Origin: Dehalococcoidia bacterium
Lineage (GTDB): Bacteria > Chloroflexota > Dehalococcoidia > Bin125
Assembly: GCA_963663895.2 (NCBI GenBank)
Contig: CAXXRD010000001.1
Location: 640,001 to 704,000, forward strand
Direction: 5' to 3'
DNA: 64,000 nt
Translations under genes and position numbers: made by a program
The notes under the pieces: generated by a model
The model's input: only the letters and a program-made list of their open reading frames with translations
What the model was told of the DNA's origin: nothing
Databases searched by the model: none
Shown: positions 1 through 8,390 of the stretch, in pieces
How the letters are laid out: each line of letters begins with the position of its first letter
Numbering within the stretch: the stretch's first letter is position 1

Positions 1-540
1 CGTCTCTGGGGAGATGGCGGCGCAGTAGGTCCGGCCCTCGAACGACTTAAAGGGGCGCGGCCGCAGCTCGGTGCGGGGTTGCTTGATGATCTCGCCGTCG
101 TACTCCACCCAGCCGCTCTCCAACGAGCGCACGAAGAGGTCGGCGCTCTCCAGGAAACGCTGTCGGCTCTCGGACATCGGTACCTGGAAGCCTGCGAACT
201 CGCGCCGCGCCGCGCCGCGGCCCATCCCCAAGATCAGGCGGCCGTTGGAGATGACGTCGAGGAGGGCCACCTCCTCGATCGCACGGATCGGCTGGTGCCA
301 CGGAAGCACGATCACCTCGGTCCCCAGCTCGATCTGCTCGCTGCGCGCCGCCACCCACGTGAGGTACTGCGTGGGATCGGGGGTGACCTCGTAATTGCTG
401 AAGTGGTGCTCCGTCGCCCATACGGAATCGAAGCCCAGGGGCTCGGCCAACTCGGAAAGGTAGAGTTGGTCGTCCCAAACTTCCTTATCGGAGACCGTCT
501 TCGAATGGTTCTGGAAGATAAAGAGGACGCCAGCCTTCAT
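1..540 (-). CDS. LLM class (luciferase-like) flavin-dependent oxidoreductase, 3' end truncated by window edge
   Basis: Not in ORF track. Manual translation from ATG at 540: MKAGVLFIFQNH...AEPLGFDSVWATEHHFSNY...IELGTEVIVLPWHQPIRAIEEVALLDVISNGRLILGMGRG, typical LuxA-like motifs. Confidence 0.9.
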   Translation of the reverse strand, partial: MKAGVLFIFQNHSKTVSDKEVWDDQLYLSELAEPLGFDSVWATEHHFSNYEVTPDPTQYLTWVAARSEQIELGTEVIVLPWHQPIRAIEEVALLDVISNGRLILGMGRGAARREFAGFQVPMSESRQRFLESADLFVRSLESGWVEYDGEIIKQPRTELRPRPFKSFEGRTYCAAISPET

Positions 541-549
541 TCGCAACTC

Positions 550-966
550 CTAGCGTGCATCAGCGGGGTGGAATAGGGGCAGGGTGATCGTATCGGACAT
601 CTCACGGAACTCGACCTCGACAGGCAGACCGATCCGCACCGCTTCCGGGTCGCAGCCCACGATGTTGGTCAGCGTGTACCAGCCTTCCTCCATCTCGACG
701 ATCGCCACGACATAGGGCACCGCAAAAGCGGGCTGCTGCGGGCGATGGACGATCGTAAACGAGTAGACCGTACCGCGGCCGCCGCTGGGAACCCAGGCCA
801 GCTTGGGGCTGAAGCAGCGCGTGCAGGTGACCTGCGGGATGAAGACATGCGCTCCGCAGTCGTCGCAGCGCTGCACCACAAGCTCGCCCCGCTTGCAGGC
901 GTCCCAGAAGGGTTGCGAGAGCGCACTCGGCTGCGGCAGCGGGATCGTAGCGCCGGAGTCGGTCAT
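550..966 (-). CDS. Zn-ribbon/OB-fold protein (DUF35, ChsH2 C-terminal-like), thiolase partner
   Basis: PFWDAC..QRCDDCG..CTRC..GRGTVYSFTIVH; overlaps stop of upstream thiolase gene by 4 nt. Confidence 0.9.
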   Translation of the reverse strand: MTDSGATIPLPQPSALSQPFWDACKRGELVVQRCDDCGAHVFIPQVTCTRCFSPKLAWVPSGGRGTVYSFTIVHRPQQPAFAVPYVVAIVEMEEGWYTLTNIVGCDPEAVRIGLPVEVEFREMSDTITLPLFHPADAR

Positions 967-2129
967 GTCGCCGGCGTTCGGCCCAAGAGCAGCACTTCCA
1001 TGAACAGCGCCGCCGCGCCGCCGTTCGTGCACATCGCCACCTTGACATCCGGCACCTGCACCGGCCCCATTCGTCCCCGGATCTGGTCCGTCCCGGCGAT
1101 CACCTTCTGCAGCATTTGCGCGACGCCCGGATGCGCGAAGGACATAGTGCCGCCGTTGGTGCAGAGCGGGAACTGTCCATCAAGGTGAATGCGCCCATTC
1201 ATCACGAAGGGGCCGCCCTCTCCCTCTCCACAGAATTCGAACGCCTCGAATTGGCGGACCAACTCGAAGGAAAACGGATCGTAGAACTCACAGACGTCAA
1301 CGTCGCGGGGAGTGAGGCCAGCCATCGCGAACGCCTTGCGGGCCGACCACCGTCCGACGTATCCGTATTTTCCCCACACCGGCGCCATCACATACGAGGG
1401 ACCCATGCGCTCCATGGCACCGCCCAGGATGTAGACCGGAGGGCCGGGAAGCTCTTGGGCACGCTCGACCGTCGTGAGCACGACCGCAGCCCCGCCTTCA
1501 CTCGTCATCGCGCAGTCGAGCAGGTGGTAAGGGTCGGCGACCATGCGCGAGTCGAGGATGTCGCTCCGCGTGAAGGGGCCTCGGCCGTAATAGACGGCTT
1601 GGGGATTCCTATGCCCGTGATTACGGATCGTCGCCGCGACTTCCGCCAGCTGCTCGGGCGTCGTGCCGTATTCATGCATGTGGCGCCGGGCGATGAGAGC
1701 GAACTCGGCCGCGGTGTAGAGGCCCCAACACTCGACGAACTCATTGGAGGGGCGCGTCCAGGGCGCGGTCTTCTCACGCTCCGCGTAGCGACCGGTCTGT
1801 CCGGCGGCGAGCACGACCGTCTCGCAGAGGCCCGCGCCGATGGCGGTGGCAGCCTCCAAGAGAGCGGGTACGCCCGGCCGCTGGGTGCCGATCCAAGCGG
1901 GGTTGCCGCCCAGGAGGTAGTTCAGATGAGCCGCGGTGGTCTGGAGTCCCATGCCCACGTTGCCGTTGATCCCGTCAACGGCCGAGGGCCCGATCCCCGC
2001 ATCAGCCAGCGCCCCACGAATGGCGTCGATCGTGACGTCCAGCGAGCTCTTATCGGGCAGCACCCGCGCTTGCGGGGTGTTGTAGGCACCGACGATCGCG
2101 ACGCCGTGCATCGGGTTGGCGGCGACCAT
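963..2129 (-). CDS. SCP2/Ltp2-type thiolase family protein
   Basis: VAIVGAY, HLLDCAMTSEGGAAVV, EFYDPFS, TNGGTMSFAHPG; start chosen at MVAANPM. Confidence 0.88.
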   Translation of the reverse strand: MVAANPMHGVAIVGAYNTPQARVLPDKSSLDVTIDAIRGALADAGIGPSAVDGINGNVGMGLQTTAAHLNYLLGGNPAWIGTQRPGVPALLEAATAIGAGLCETVVLAAGQTGRYAEREKTAPWTRPSNEFVECWGLYTAAEFALIARRHMHEYGTTPEQLAEVAATIRNHGHRNPQAVYYGRGPFTRSDILDSRMVADPYHLLDCAMTSEGGAAVVLTTVERAQELPGPPVYILGGAMERMGPSYVMAPVWGKYGYVGRWSARKAFAMAGLTPRDVDVCEFYDPFSFELVRQFEAFEFCGEGEGGPFVMNGRIHLDGQFPLCTNGGTMSFAHPGVAQMLQKVIAGTDQIRGRMGPVQVPDVKVAMCTNGGAAALFMEVLLLGRTPAT

Positions 2130-2393
2130 ACAGACTCCCATCCGGCGGTGAAGGCAAGCGATCCTAGCATGGCCCTGCGCAATGCGGCGGCGGGGCCGCA
2201 GACGAGCCCACACTTCCCTAAGAATTCCGCACATGCGGGCGACGCCGGCCGAACCGGGCAGCGCGATCGTCGTGATCTCGCTCACCGCCTCGTCCAAGCG
2301 TCCGCCGCCTGCGACGAACTCGCTCTGGTACCGGGACAGACCGCGACCCCTGCTCCGGTCAACGGCAGCCGCAAGCGCCAAGCGGCGCGCCGC

Positions 2394-2864
2394 TCAGAGT
2401 GGGGCCGGCGCCCCTTCGGCCAGCGCCTTCCCCAGGCGATCGAGCTCCTGGCGCAGCCGCCGCTGCATCAAGCGGCGGAGCAGTGGAGCTCCCAGCAGAA
2501 AACTCACGCTGGTCGCGCGACTGTCGGAGCCGGCCTTCATCCGGTTCTCAATGCGGCTGCCGCTCTTGGCCGGTTCGATCGTGACCGTTCTCTGGAAAGG
2601 AAAGGGGCCGCCGATCGACCGGATCGTGAAGCAACGCGGCGCGTCGAAGGCAGTCACTTCGTAGCGGATATCGTGGGTACGGCCGCCGTAGGTGTACTTG
2701 CTCACGAAAGTCGACCCGGCGCCGAATTCGCCCTCGGAGACCCGGCGCGGCTCCGACACGCCAATCACCCAACATGGCATGTTCTCGACCGCGGAACTGA
2801 AAGCGAACACTTGATCCGGCGCCTGCCGCACGACGCTGGATGCCGCTGCTTCAAGCCATCGCAC
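2394..2864 (-). CDS. SRPBCC (polyketide cyclase/dehydrase-like) family protein
   Basis: APDQVFAF..ENMPCW..GAGSTF..YEVTAFDAPR..C-terminal helix LRQELDRLGKALAE. Confidence 0.75.
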   Translation of the reverse strand: MRWLEAAASSVVRQAPDQVFAFSSAVENMPCWVIGVSEPRRVSEGEFGAGSTFVSKYTYGGRTHDIRYEVTAFDAPRCFTIRSIGGPFPFQRTVTIEPAKSGSRIENRMKAGSDSRATSVSFLLGAPLLRRLMQRRLRQELDRLGKALAEGAPAPL

Positions 2865-2917
2865 GCCGCCTACCCTTCCGTACGCGGCACGCTACCATCC
2901 CTGCACGGCAGGGAGCG

Positions 2918-3886
2918 ATGCACGACGCGGACAAACCCGGCTTCCTCTTCTCGGTCGCGCCGGGGCAGCGGCGCACCATGATCGCGCTCGCCCAGGAACT
3001 CGACCGGCGGGGCTTCCCCTTCCTCTACTGTCCGCATGGGGCGGGGGGCGCGATCGAGCCCGGGCAACAGCGCATCGCCCGGCCTTACCGCATTCCAGCT
3101 CCTTACGACGCGCTGGGGCAGGCGTTCGCGCTGATCCAGGCAACGAAGCGCATGACCATCGGCAGCGGCGTCGCCGTCACCTACACGCGCCATCCCACCG
3201 AGATGGCGGCAACGGCCAACCTGATCCACGAACTCGGCAACGGCCGGTTCATTCTGGGCCTCGGCGTGGGGCACGGCCCGATCCTGCAGCAGTTCGGCTA
3301 CGTGCCCGAAGCGCCGATCGCGCATCTGCGCCGCTATGTGGAGGCGCTCCGCGCGGCTGCGAGCGATCGGCCGCTGCCAGCCATCGTCTTTGCGGCGCTG
3401 CGCAAACGCATGACCGCGCTCGCGGGCGAACTCGCGGACGGCGTGCTCTTCGCCAATGCCGCCCGCTCGCACATCCCCGTCTCACTGCGCGAGATCCCCG
3501 CCGCCGGGCGAGCGGCCTTTCTCATCGGGAACTTCGCCCCCTGCTACGTCGCGGAGGATCGAAGCGAGGCGCTGACGGCGGTCCGGCGGGCGCTGACCAA
3601 CTACATGACGCTTCCGAACTACCAGCGCTACTTCATCGAAGCCGGCTATGCGGACGCAGTCGCGCAGGGTCGCGCCGCCATTGAGGCCGACGACCAGCCC
3701 CAACTCGAAGCCTCGATCTCAGAGCGCATGGCGGAGGACATCTGCGTCTTCGGCACCCCCGCCGAAATCAGAGCCCAGGTCGCCGCCTTCCGAGAGGCCG
3801 GCGTGAACCAAGTCGGCCTCTCCACGCTCTTCCACACGCAAGACCAGGCCAAGGCGATCGCGCGCGTCGCCGCCGCCTTCGACTAG
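2918..3886 (+). CDS. LLM class flavin/F420-dependent oxidoreductase (tandem paralog 1)
   Basis: ATKRMTIGSGVA..GRFILGLGVGH..LAGELADG; GGGAG SD before ATG 2918. Confidence 0.88.
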   Translation: MHDADKPGFLFSVAPGQRRTMIALAQELDRRGFPFLYCPHGAGGAIEPGQQRIARPYRIPAPYDALGQAFALIQATKRMTIGSGVAVTYTRHPTEMAATANLIHELGNGRFILGLGVGHGPILQQFGYVPEAPIAHLRRYVEALRAAASDRPLPAIVFAALRKRMTALAGELADGVLFANAARSHIPVSLREIPAAGRAAFLIGNFAPCYVAEDRSEALTAVRRALTNYMTLPNYQRYFIEAGYADAVAQGRAAIEADDQPQLEASISERMAEDICVFGTPAEIRAQVAAFREAGVNQVGLSTLFHTQDQAKAIARVAAAFD

Positions 3887-3966
3887 CAGACGGTTGTCCC
3901 GCCAGGCAGGCGATCGCTAGCCTCGCTCGTGACCGCCCCCATTCGTGAATCGAACTGGAGACCCCG

Positions 3967-4941
3967 ATGGAGTCCAAGCCAGGCTTTCTGTTCTACGCCG
4001 TGCCGGGTCAACGCAAGTCGATGATCGCGGCGGCCGAGGAGCTCGACCGGCGCGGCTTTCCCTTCATCTACTGCAACCACGGATCCGCACGCGTTTTGCC
4101 GGCCGGCCAGGAGGCGCAGCAGTCAGGCGTGGTCCGGACCTACATCGGCACGGCGGTGACGGACGGCCTGAGCCACTGCCTGGCGATCGCGATGCGGACG
4201 AAGCGCATCACCGTCGGCACGGGGATCGAGGTGACGTACACCCGGCACCCGGTCGAAATGCTCGGCGTGGCGAACTACATCAACGAGGTCAGTGGCGGCC
4301 GCTTCCTCCTCGGAATCGGACCCGGCCACAACGAGATCCTCCGGCAATGGAACTACCCCATCGAGAAGCCCTTGGCGCACATGCGCCGCTACACGCAGGA
4401 GCTGCGCGCGGTGGCGACGGGCCAGCCGATCCCGCCGCTGATCTTCTCGGTGCTGCGCAACGGCATGCTGCGCTTAGCCGGCGAACTCGCCGACGGCGCG
4501 ATCTGGGCCAACGCCGTCCTCTCCTACCTGCCAACGGCGCTCAAGGAAGTCCCGGCCGAGAAGCGGGATTCCTTCATCGTGGCAAATCTGGCTCCCTGCT
4601 ACGTCTCGGAAGATCGCGCGGAAGCGTTGGAAGCCGTGCGCGTGGCGCTGACCAACTACCTGACGCTAACGAACTATCAGCGCTACTTCACGGAAGCGGG
4701 CTACGGGAAAGAAGTGGAGCAGGCGAAGGCGGCGATAGCCGCGAACGATCACGCCGGAGTCGCGGCGGCCGTGTCGGAGCGCATGGCGGACGATATCTGC
4801 CTCTACGGCAGCGCAGCGGACGTGCGGGAGAGATTCGAGGCCTTCCAGGCGGCCGGGGTGAACCAGATGTGCGTCTCGACGCTGTTCCACAGCGACGATC
4901 AAGCCGAGGCCATCCTGCGAGTCGCGGACGCGTTCGATTAG
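3967..4941 (+). CDS. LLM class flavin/F420-dependent oxidoreductase (tandem paralog 2)
   Basis: TKRITVGTGI..SGGRFLLGIGPGH..LAGELADG. Confidence 0.88.
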   Translation: MESKPGFLFYAVPGQRKSMIAAAEELDRRGFPFIYCNHGSARVLPAGQEAQQSGVVRTYIGTAVTDGLSHCLAIAMRTKRITVGTGIEVTYTRHPVEMLGVANYINEVSGGRFLLGIGPGHNEILRQWNYPIEKPLAHMRRYTQELRAVATGQPIPPLIFSVLRNGMLRLAGELADGAIWANAVLSYLPTALKEVPAEKRDSFIVANLAPCYVSEDRAEALEAVRVALTNYLTLTNYQRYFTEAGYGKEVEQAKAAIAANDHAGVAAAVSERMADDICLYGSAADVRERFEAFQAAGVNQMCVSTLFHSDDQAEAILRVADAFD

Positions 4942-4945
4942 CCCC

Positions 4946-5869
4946 GTGCAGAAGCCGGGCTTCGTCCTCAGCGCACCGCCGGGACAGCGCAAGGCGATCA
5001 TCGAAGCCGCCCGGGAACTGGAACGGCGCGGATTCCCGCACGTGCTGTGCCCGCACGAATACGCGCGGCCGCACGACGCGCAAGCGCCGTACGACTGCCT
5101 GAGTCTCTGCACCGCGCTGGCCCAGGCGACGCAGGCGATCCGGATCGTGAGCGGCGTCGCGGTGACCTACACCCGTCCCCCTGCCGACATGGCCGCGGCC
5201 GCCTCCTTCAATTACGAAATCAGCGACGGGCGCTTCATGCTGGGCCTGGGTTCGGGCTACAAGATCGTGCTCGATCGCTTCGGCATCAAGACGGAGCCAC
5301 CCATCCCGCACATGCGGCGCTACCTAGAAGAGCTGCGATCCGCGGCAACCGAGCAACCGCTGCCCCCCATTCTCATCGCCGCGCTGCGGCGGAGAATGGC
5401 CGCACTGGCGGGAGAGCTCGCGGACGGACTGATCGGCGGCAACTGGGCGCTTTCCCATGTCCCGGCAACCCTCGCCAGCATCCCGGCCGACCAGCGTGAC
5501 CGGCTCATCGTTGCCAACGTCACCCCCGTGTATCTCTGCGATGATCGAGCAGAAGGACTGGCGTTCATGCGCCGGCTCTGCGCAGCCTTCAGCCGCATCC
5601 CCACCTACGCCGCCTACTTCAGCGAAGCCGGCTACCAGGAAGAGGTCGAGCGGGCGCAGGCGGCCTTCGCAGCGGGCACGAGCCAAGCGGCGGACGCCAT
5701 TTCGGAACGCATGGCGGACGATATCGGCATCTTCGGTTCCCCCCACGACATCCGGGAGCGCGTCGAGGCGTGGCAAGCGGCCGGCGTGAACTGGCTTACG
5801 CTTTCGACGCTGTACCCAATCCGCGACCGCGCCGCAGCGGCGCTCCGCGTGGCTGCAGTCTTCGACTAA
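4946..5869 (+). CDS. LLM class flavin/F420-dependent oxidoreductase (tandem paralog 3)
   Basis: SDGRFMLGLGSG..LAGELADG; clear similarity to the two upstream paralogs. Confidence 0.88.
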   Translation: MQKPGFVLSAPPGQRKAIIEAARELERRGFPHVLCPHEYARPHDAQAPYDCLSLCTALAQATQAIRIVSGVAVTYTRPPADMAAAASFNYEISDGRFMLGLGSGYKIVLDRFGIKTEPPIPHMRRYLEELRSAATEQPLPPILIAALRRRMAALAGELADGLIGGNWALSHVPATLASIPADQRDRLIVANVTPVYLCDDRAEGLAFMRRLCAAFSRIPTYAAYFSEAGYQEEVERAQAAFAAGTSQAADAISERMADDIGIFGSPHDIRERVEAWQAAGVNWLTLSTLYPIRDRAAAALRVAAVFD

Positions 5870-5947
5870 ATCGACCGCCCCTCGACCGCATTGCCCCCTC
5901 TGGCGCCCAATAGTTGTTTATGTCTCTTGATCATGGGCAGGTTTTCC

Positions 5948-5977
5948 TTGACAGCCCTCTTGGCCCACTGAAAAAAT
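5948..5977 (+). promoter_or_regulatory. Putative sigma70 promoter of the solute-binding protein gene
   Basis: Consensus TTGACA at 5948-5953 followed about 18 nt later by TG-A-AAAAAT, in a locally AT-rich patch. Confidence 0.5.
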
Positions 5978-6133
5978 TCGCGGATAGGGTGTACCGCTTG
6001 CCCGATGATCTGTCGGGCTGCGGTAGCATTGGCAAGCCTTGGCCGGTCACCCGCCGGGCGGGGTTTCTATCCGTTGTCCCCAAGCATGCTGGGGCGAAGA
6101 CTGCGCAGTTGGATTAGCTGAAGGAGGAGCGGA

Positions 6134-8008
6134 TTGAGCGAAAGCTTCATCGACAAAACGAACAGGAAGGTGATGCGACGCCGGGTAAGCCGGCGCAGCA
6201 TCCTCGCCGCGTCGGGAGCGGCTGGCCTCGGGGCCGCAGGGTTAGCTCTCGTAGGCTGCGGCGACGATGACGACGATGCGCCGGCGGTCGCTCAGGCCCC
6301 GGCCGCTCAGGCCCCGGCTGCTCAGGCCCCGGCTGCTCAGGCCCCGGCCGCTCAGGCCCCGGCCGCTCAGGCCCCGGCAGAGCAAGCTCCCATGGAAGAG
6401 CAGATGCCCATGGAGGAATCCATGGAGTTCGGGCCCGCGACGCATGAGGCGGTGCCGCCGCGGTCCAGCAAGGACATCGCGGTTCTGGCAGTGAGCGCGA
6501 CCCCGATCGCGGTCGACCCCGACTACGGTCACGGCAGCCCGCAGACCTGGGAATCGTGGATGAACGTCTTCGACCAAACGATCAAGTTTGGTTGGCGGGA
6601 CTACCCATTCGACGTCGGCGAAGTCAATCACGTCGGCTATGTCTCGTTCGAGAACGACGACCTGCTGCCCTGGATGCAGGAATCGTGGGAACTCAGCGAG
6701 GATCAGACGAGCCTCGTGATCAACATCCGGCCAGGCGTCCAAAGCTCGACCGGCAACGAGTTGACCGCTGAGGACTTCGCCTACCGGATCGACCGGGCCT
6801 TCGGGTTGGGCGCCATCGGCGCTTTCTTCACCCAGCTCATCAACATCGACCCGGAGAACCCGTACGAGATCCTGGGCCGGCACCAGATCAAGGTGAATTC
6901 GACGAACCCAAACGGCCTCCTGCTCCCCATCTGGGCGAACAGCGCCTGGCAGGTCATCGACCAGGTGGAGGCGCGCGCCGCCGCCACCGCCGACGACGAG
7001 TGGTCCGTGGAATGGATGGCGCAGAATGGGGTCGGCTTCGGGAGCATCGCGGTCGACACCTTCGGAACCGGTGAGCGCGTCGTCTTCACTGCGAACCAGA
7101 ACTACTTCCGCGGTGAGCAGCCGATCACGAACATCGTCTACGAAGAGGTTCCGCAGGCCTCCAACCGCCTGGCGGCGGTGGCGGCCGGCGAGGCCGACGC
7201 GGCCTACGGGCTTCCCGGAGAGCTGTGGATCCAGGCCCGCGACGAGGCGATCCAGAACCCGATCGCCATCAAGGGCAACCTGATCATCTTCGGGTTCATG
7301 AACGCGCTGCGGGAGCCGTGGCAGGACCCGCGGACGCGGCAAGCGATGAACTGGGCGACCCCTCGCCAGGAGATCCTGGACATCGCCTACGGAGGCTTGG
7401 GCGTACCGTGGACCACGGTCATGACCTCGATCTTCCCGGGCGTCAACGAGAGTGTCGTACCCTGGGGCGCGGATCCCAACGTTGGCGAGGCCCGCGCGCT
7501 ACTCGACGCGGCCGGTCAAAGCGACGGCTTCGATGTCACGCTCGACTACGACACCTCCGTGGCGCAGTACGAGCGCATCGGCGTGCTGCTGCAAGACGCG
7601 TACTCCAACATCGGCGTGAACGTCACGTTGAACCCGCAGCCGAATGGGCCCTACGCGGCCGAGGCCACTGGCAAGCAGAAGACTTTCGGACTCTGGCAGG
7701 ACGCCTACATCCAGCCGGACCCGATCTACTTCCTGAACCTTGGCTACGACGCCGGGCTGGGCGGCATCAACAACTACGGACAGGTCGACGACCCGGAGTT
7801 GAACGACATGCTGGAGCGGGGCAGTCTCTTCACGGACCTCCAGGACCGTGTGGATATCGCAACGCCGATCCAGGAGCGGGTCGTGGATCTCGCGCCGTAC
7901 ATCTGGTTGGTGGAGCCGTTCTACACCAACGTGCTCAACGAGAACCTGCGCGGGTTCCGCTGGCACACCACCCAAGAGACCTACTGGTCGGATATGTACT
8001 TCGTCTAG
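6134..8008 (+). CDS. ABC transporter family-5 (peptide/nickel-type) substrate-binding Tat-lipoprotein
   Basis: AAGGAGGAG SD plus TTG start; SRRSIL twin-arginine motif, lipobox LVGC; SBP_bac_5 features (WELSED, GNELTAEDF, DPRTRQAMNWA). Confidence 0.9.
   Translation: MSESFIDKTNRKVMRRRVSRRSILAASGAAGLGAAGLALVGCGDDDDDAPAVAQAPAAQAPAAQAPAAQAPAAQAPAAQAPAEQAPMEEQMPMEESMEFGPATHEAVPPRSSKDIAVLAVSATPIAVDPDYGHGSPQTWESWMNVFDQTIKFGWRDYPFDVGEVNHVGYVSFENDDLLPWMQESWELSEDQTSLVINIRPGVQSSTGNELTAEDFAYRIDRAFGLGAIGAFFTQLINIDPENPYEILGRHQIKVNSTNPNGLLLPIWANSAWQVIDQVEARAAATADDEWSVEWMAQNGVGFGSIAVDTFGTGERVVFTANQNYFRGEQPITNIVYEEVPQASNRLAAVAAGEADAAYGLPGELWIQARDEAIQNPIAIKGNLIIFGFMNALREPWQDPRTRQAMNWATPRQEILDIAYGGLGVPWTTVMTSIFPGVNESVVPWGADPNVGEARALLDAAGQSDGFDVTLDYDTSVAQYERIGVLLQDAYSNIGVNVTLNPQPNGPYAAEATGKQKTFGLWQDAYIQPDPIYFLNLGYDAGLGGINNYGQVDDPELNDMLERGSLFTDLQDRVDIATPIQERVVDLAPYIWLVEPFYTNVLNENLRGFRWHTTQETYWSDMYFV
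6290..6379 (+). repeat. Six tandem 15-bp repeats GCTCAGGCCCCGGCn encoding (AQAPA)6 linker
   Basis: Seen directly; in frame within the SBP N-terminal linker. Confidence 0.95.
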
Positions 8009-8033
8009 TCGGTCCTCGCAGGGAAGCGAGAAC

Positions 8034-8065
8034 AGGGGCCGCCCTCCGGGCGGCCCCTCTCTTTG
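8034..8065 (+). terminator. Intrinsic terminator after SBP gene
   Basis: AGGGGCCGCCC-TCC-GGGCGGCCCCT perfect 11-bp stem followed by CTCTTTG. Confidence 0.8.
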
Positions 8066-8321
8066 CGCTCACATCGCCACCCCCGTATGGCCCCGGGTTC
8101 ACTCTTCGGACGAAGCCGGCCCAATTCTCTCCCCTCACCCTCCCCCCAAGCGTCGAGCCTTTTCTGCACTCTTTCTCAGCGTCTCCCAGCATCGGAAGGC
8201 CAATCGCCGAAACCGTGTCCTCGCCTCGCCTGCGCTGGATAAGGTCCGACCGAGAACGAGCGGCCGGTAAGCCGGGGCTCACCCCCGTCCGTCCAGCGGG
8301 ATCACGGACGGATCGCGGGGC

Positions 8322-8356
8322 ACAAAGAAGGGGCCCGGCATCTCTGCCGGGCCCCT
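8322..8356 (-). terminator. Intrinsic terminator after second SBP gene
   Basis: AGGGGCCCGGCA-TCTC-TGCCGGGCCCCT 12-bp stem; TCTTTGT tail on minus strand. Confidence 0.8.
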
Positions 8357-8390
8357 CAACCGTCGCGCTACGGAATCGTCTTCATGCCTC

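Noticed and set aside
5999-6010. GCCCGATGA resemblance to a SAM-I riboswitch
   Set aside because: Other SAM-I elements (ATC.AGAG, GCAACC, GTGC.AA) are absent
6290-6379. Tandem repeat as possible CRISPR array
   Set aside because: No spacers; 15-bp in-frame coding repeat; no cas genes
8060-8320. Pyrimidine-rich spacer between the convergent terminators as a small gene
   Set aside because: No convincing ORF, SD or promoter
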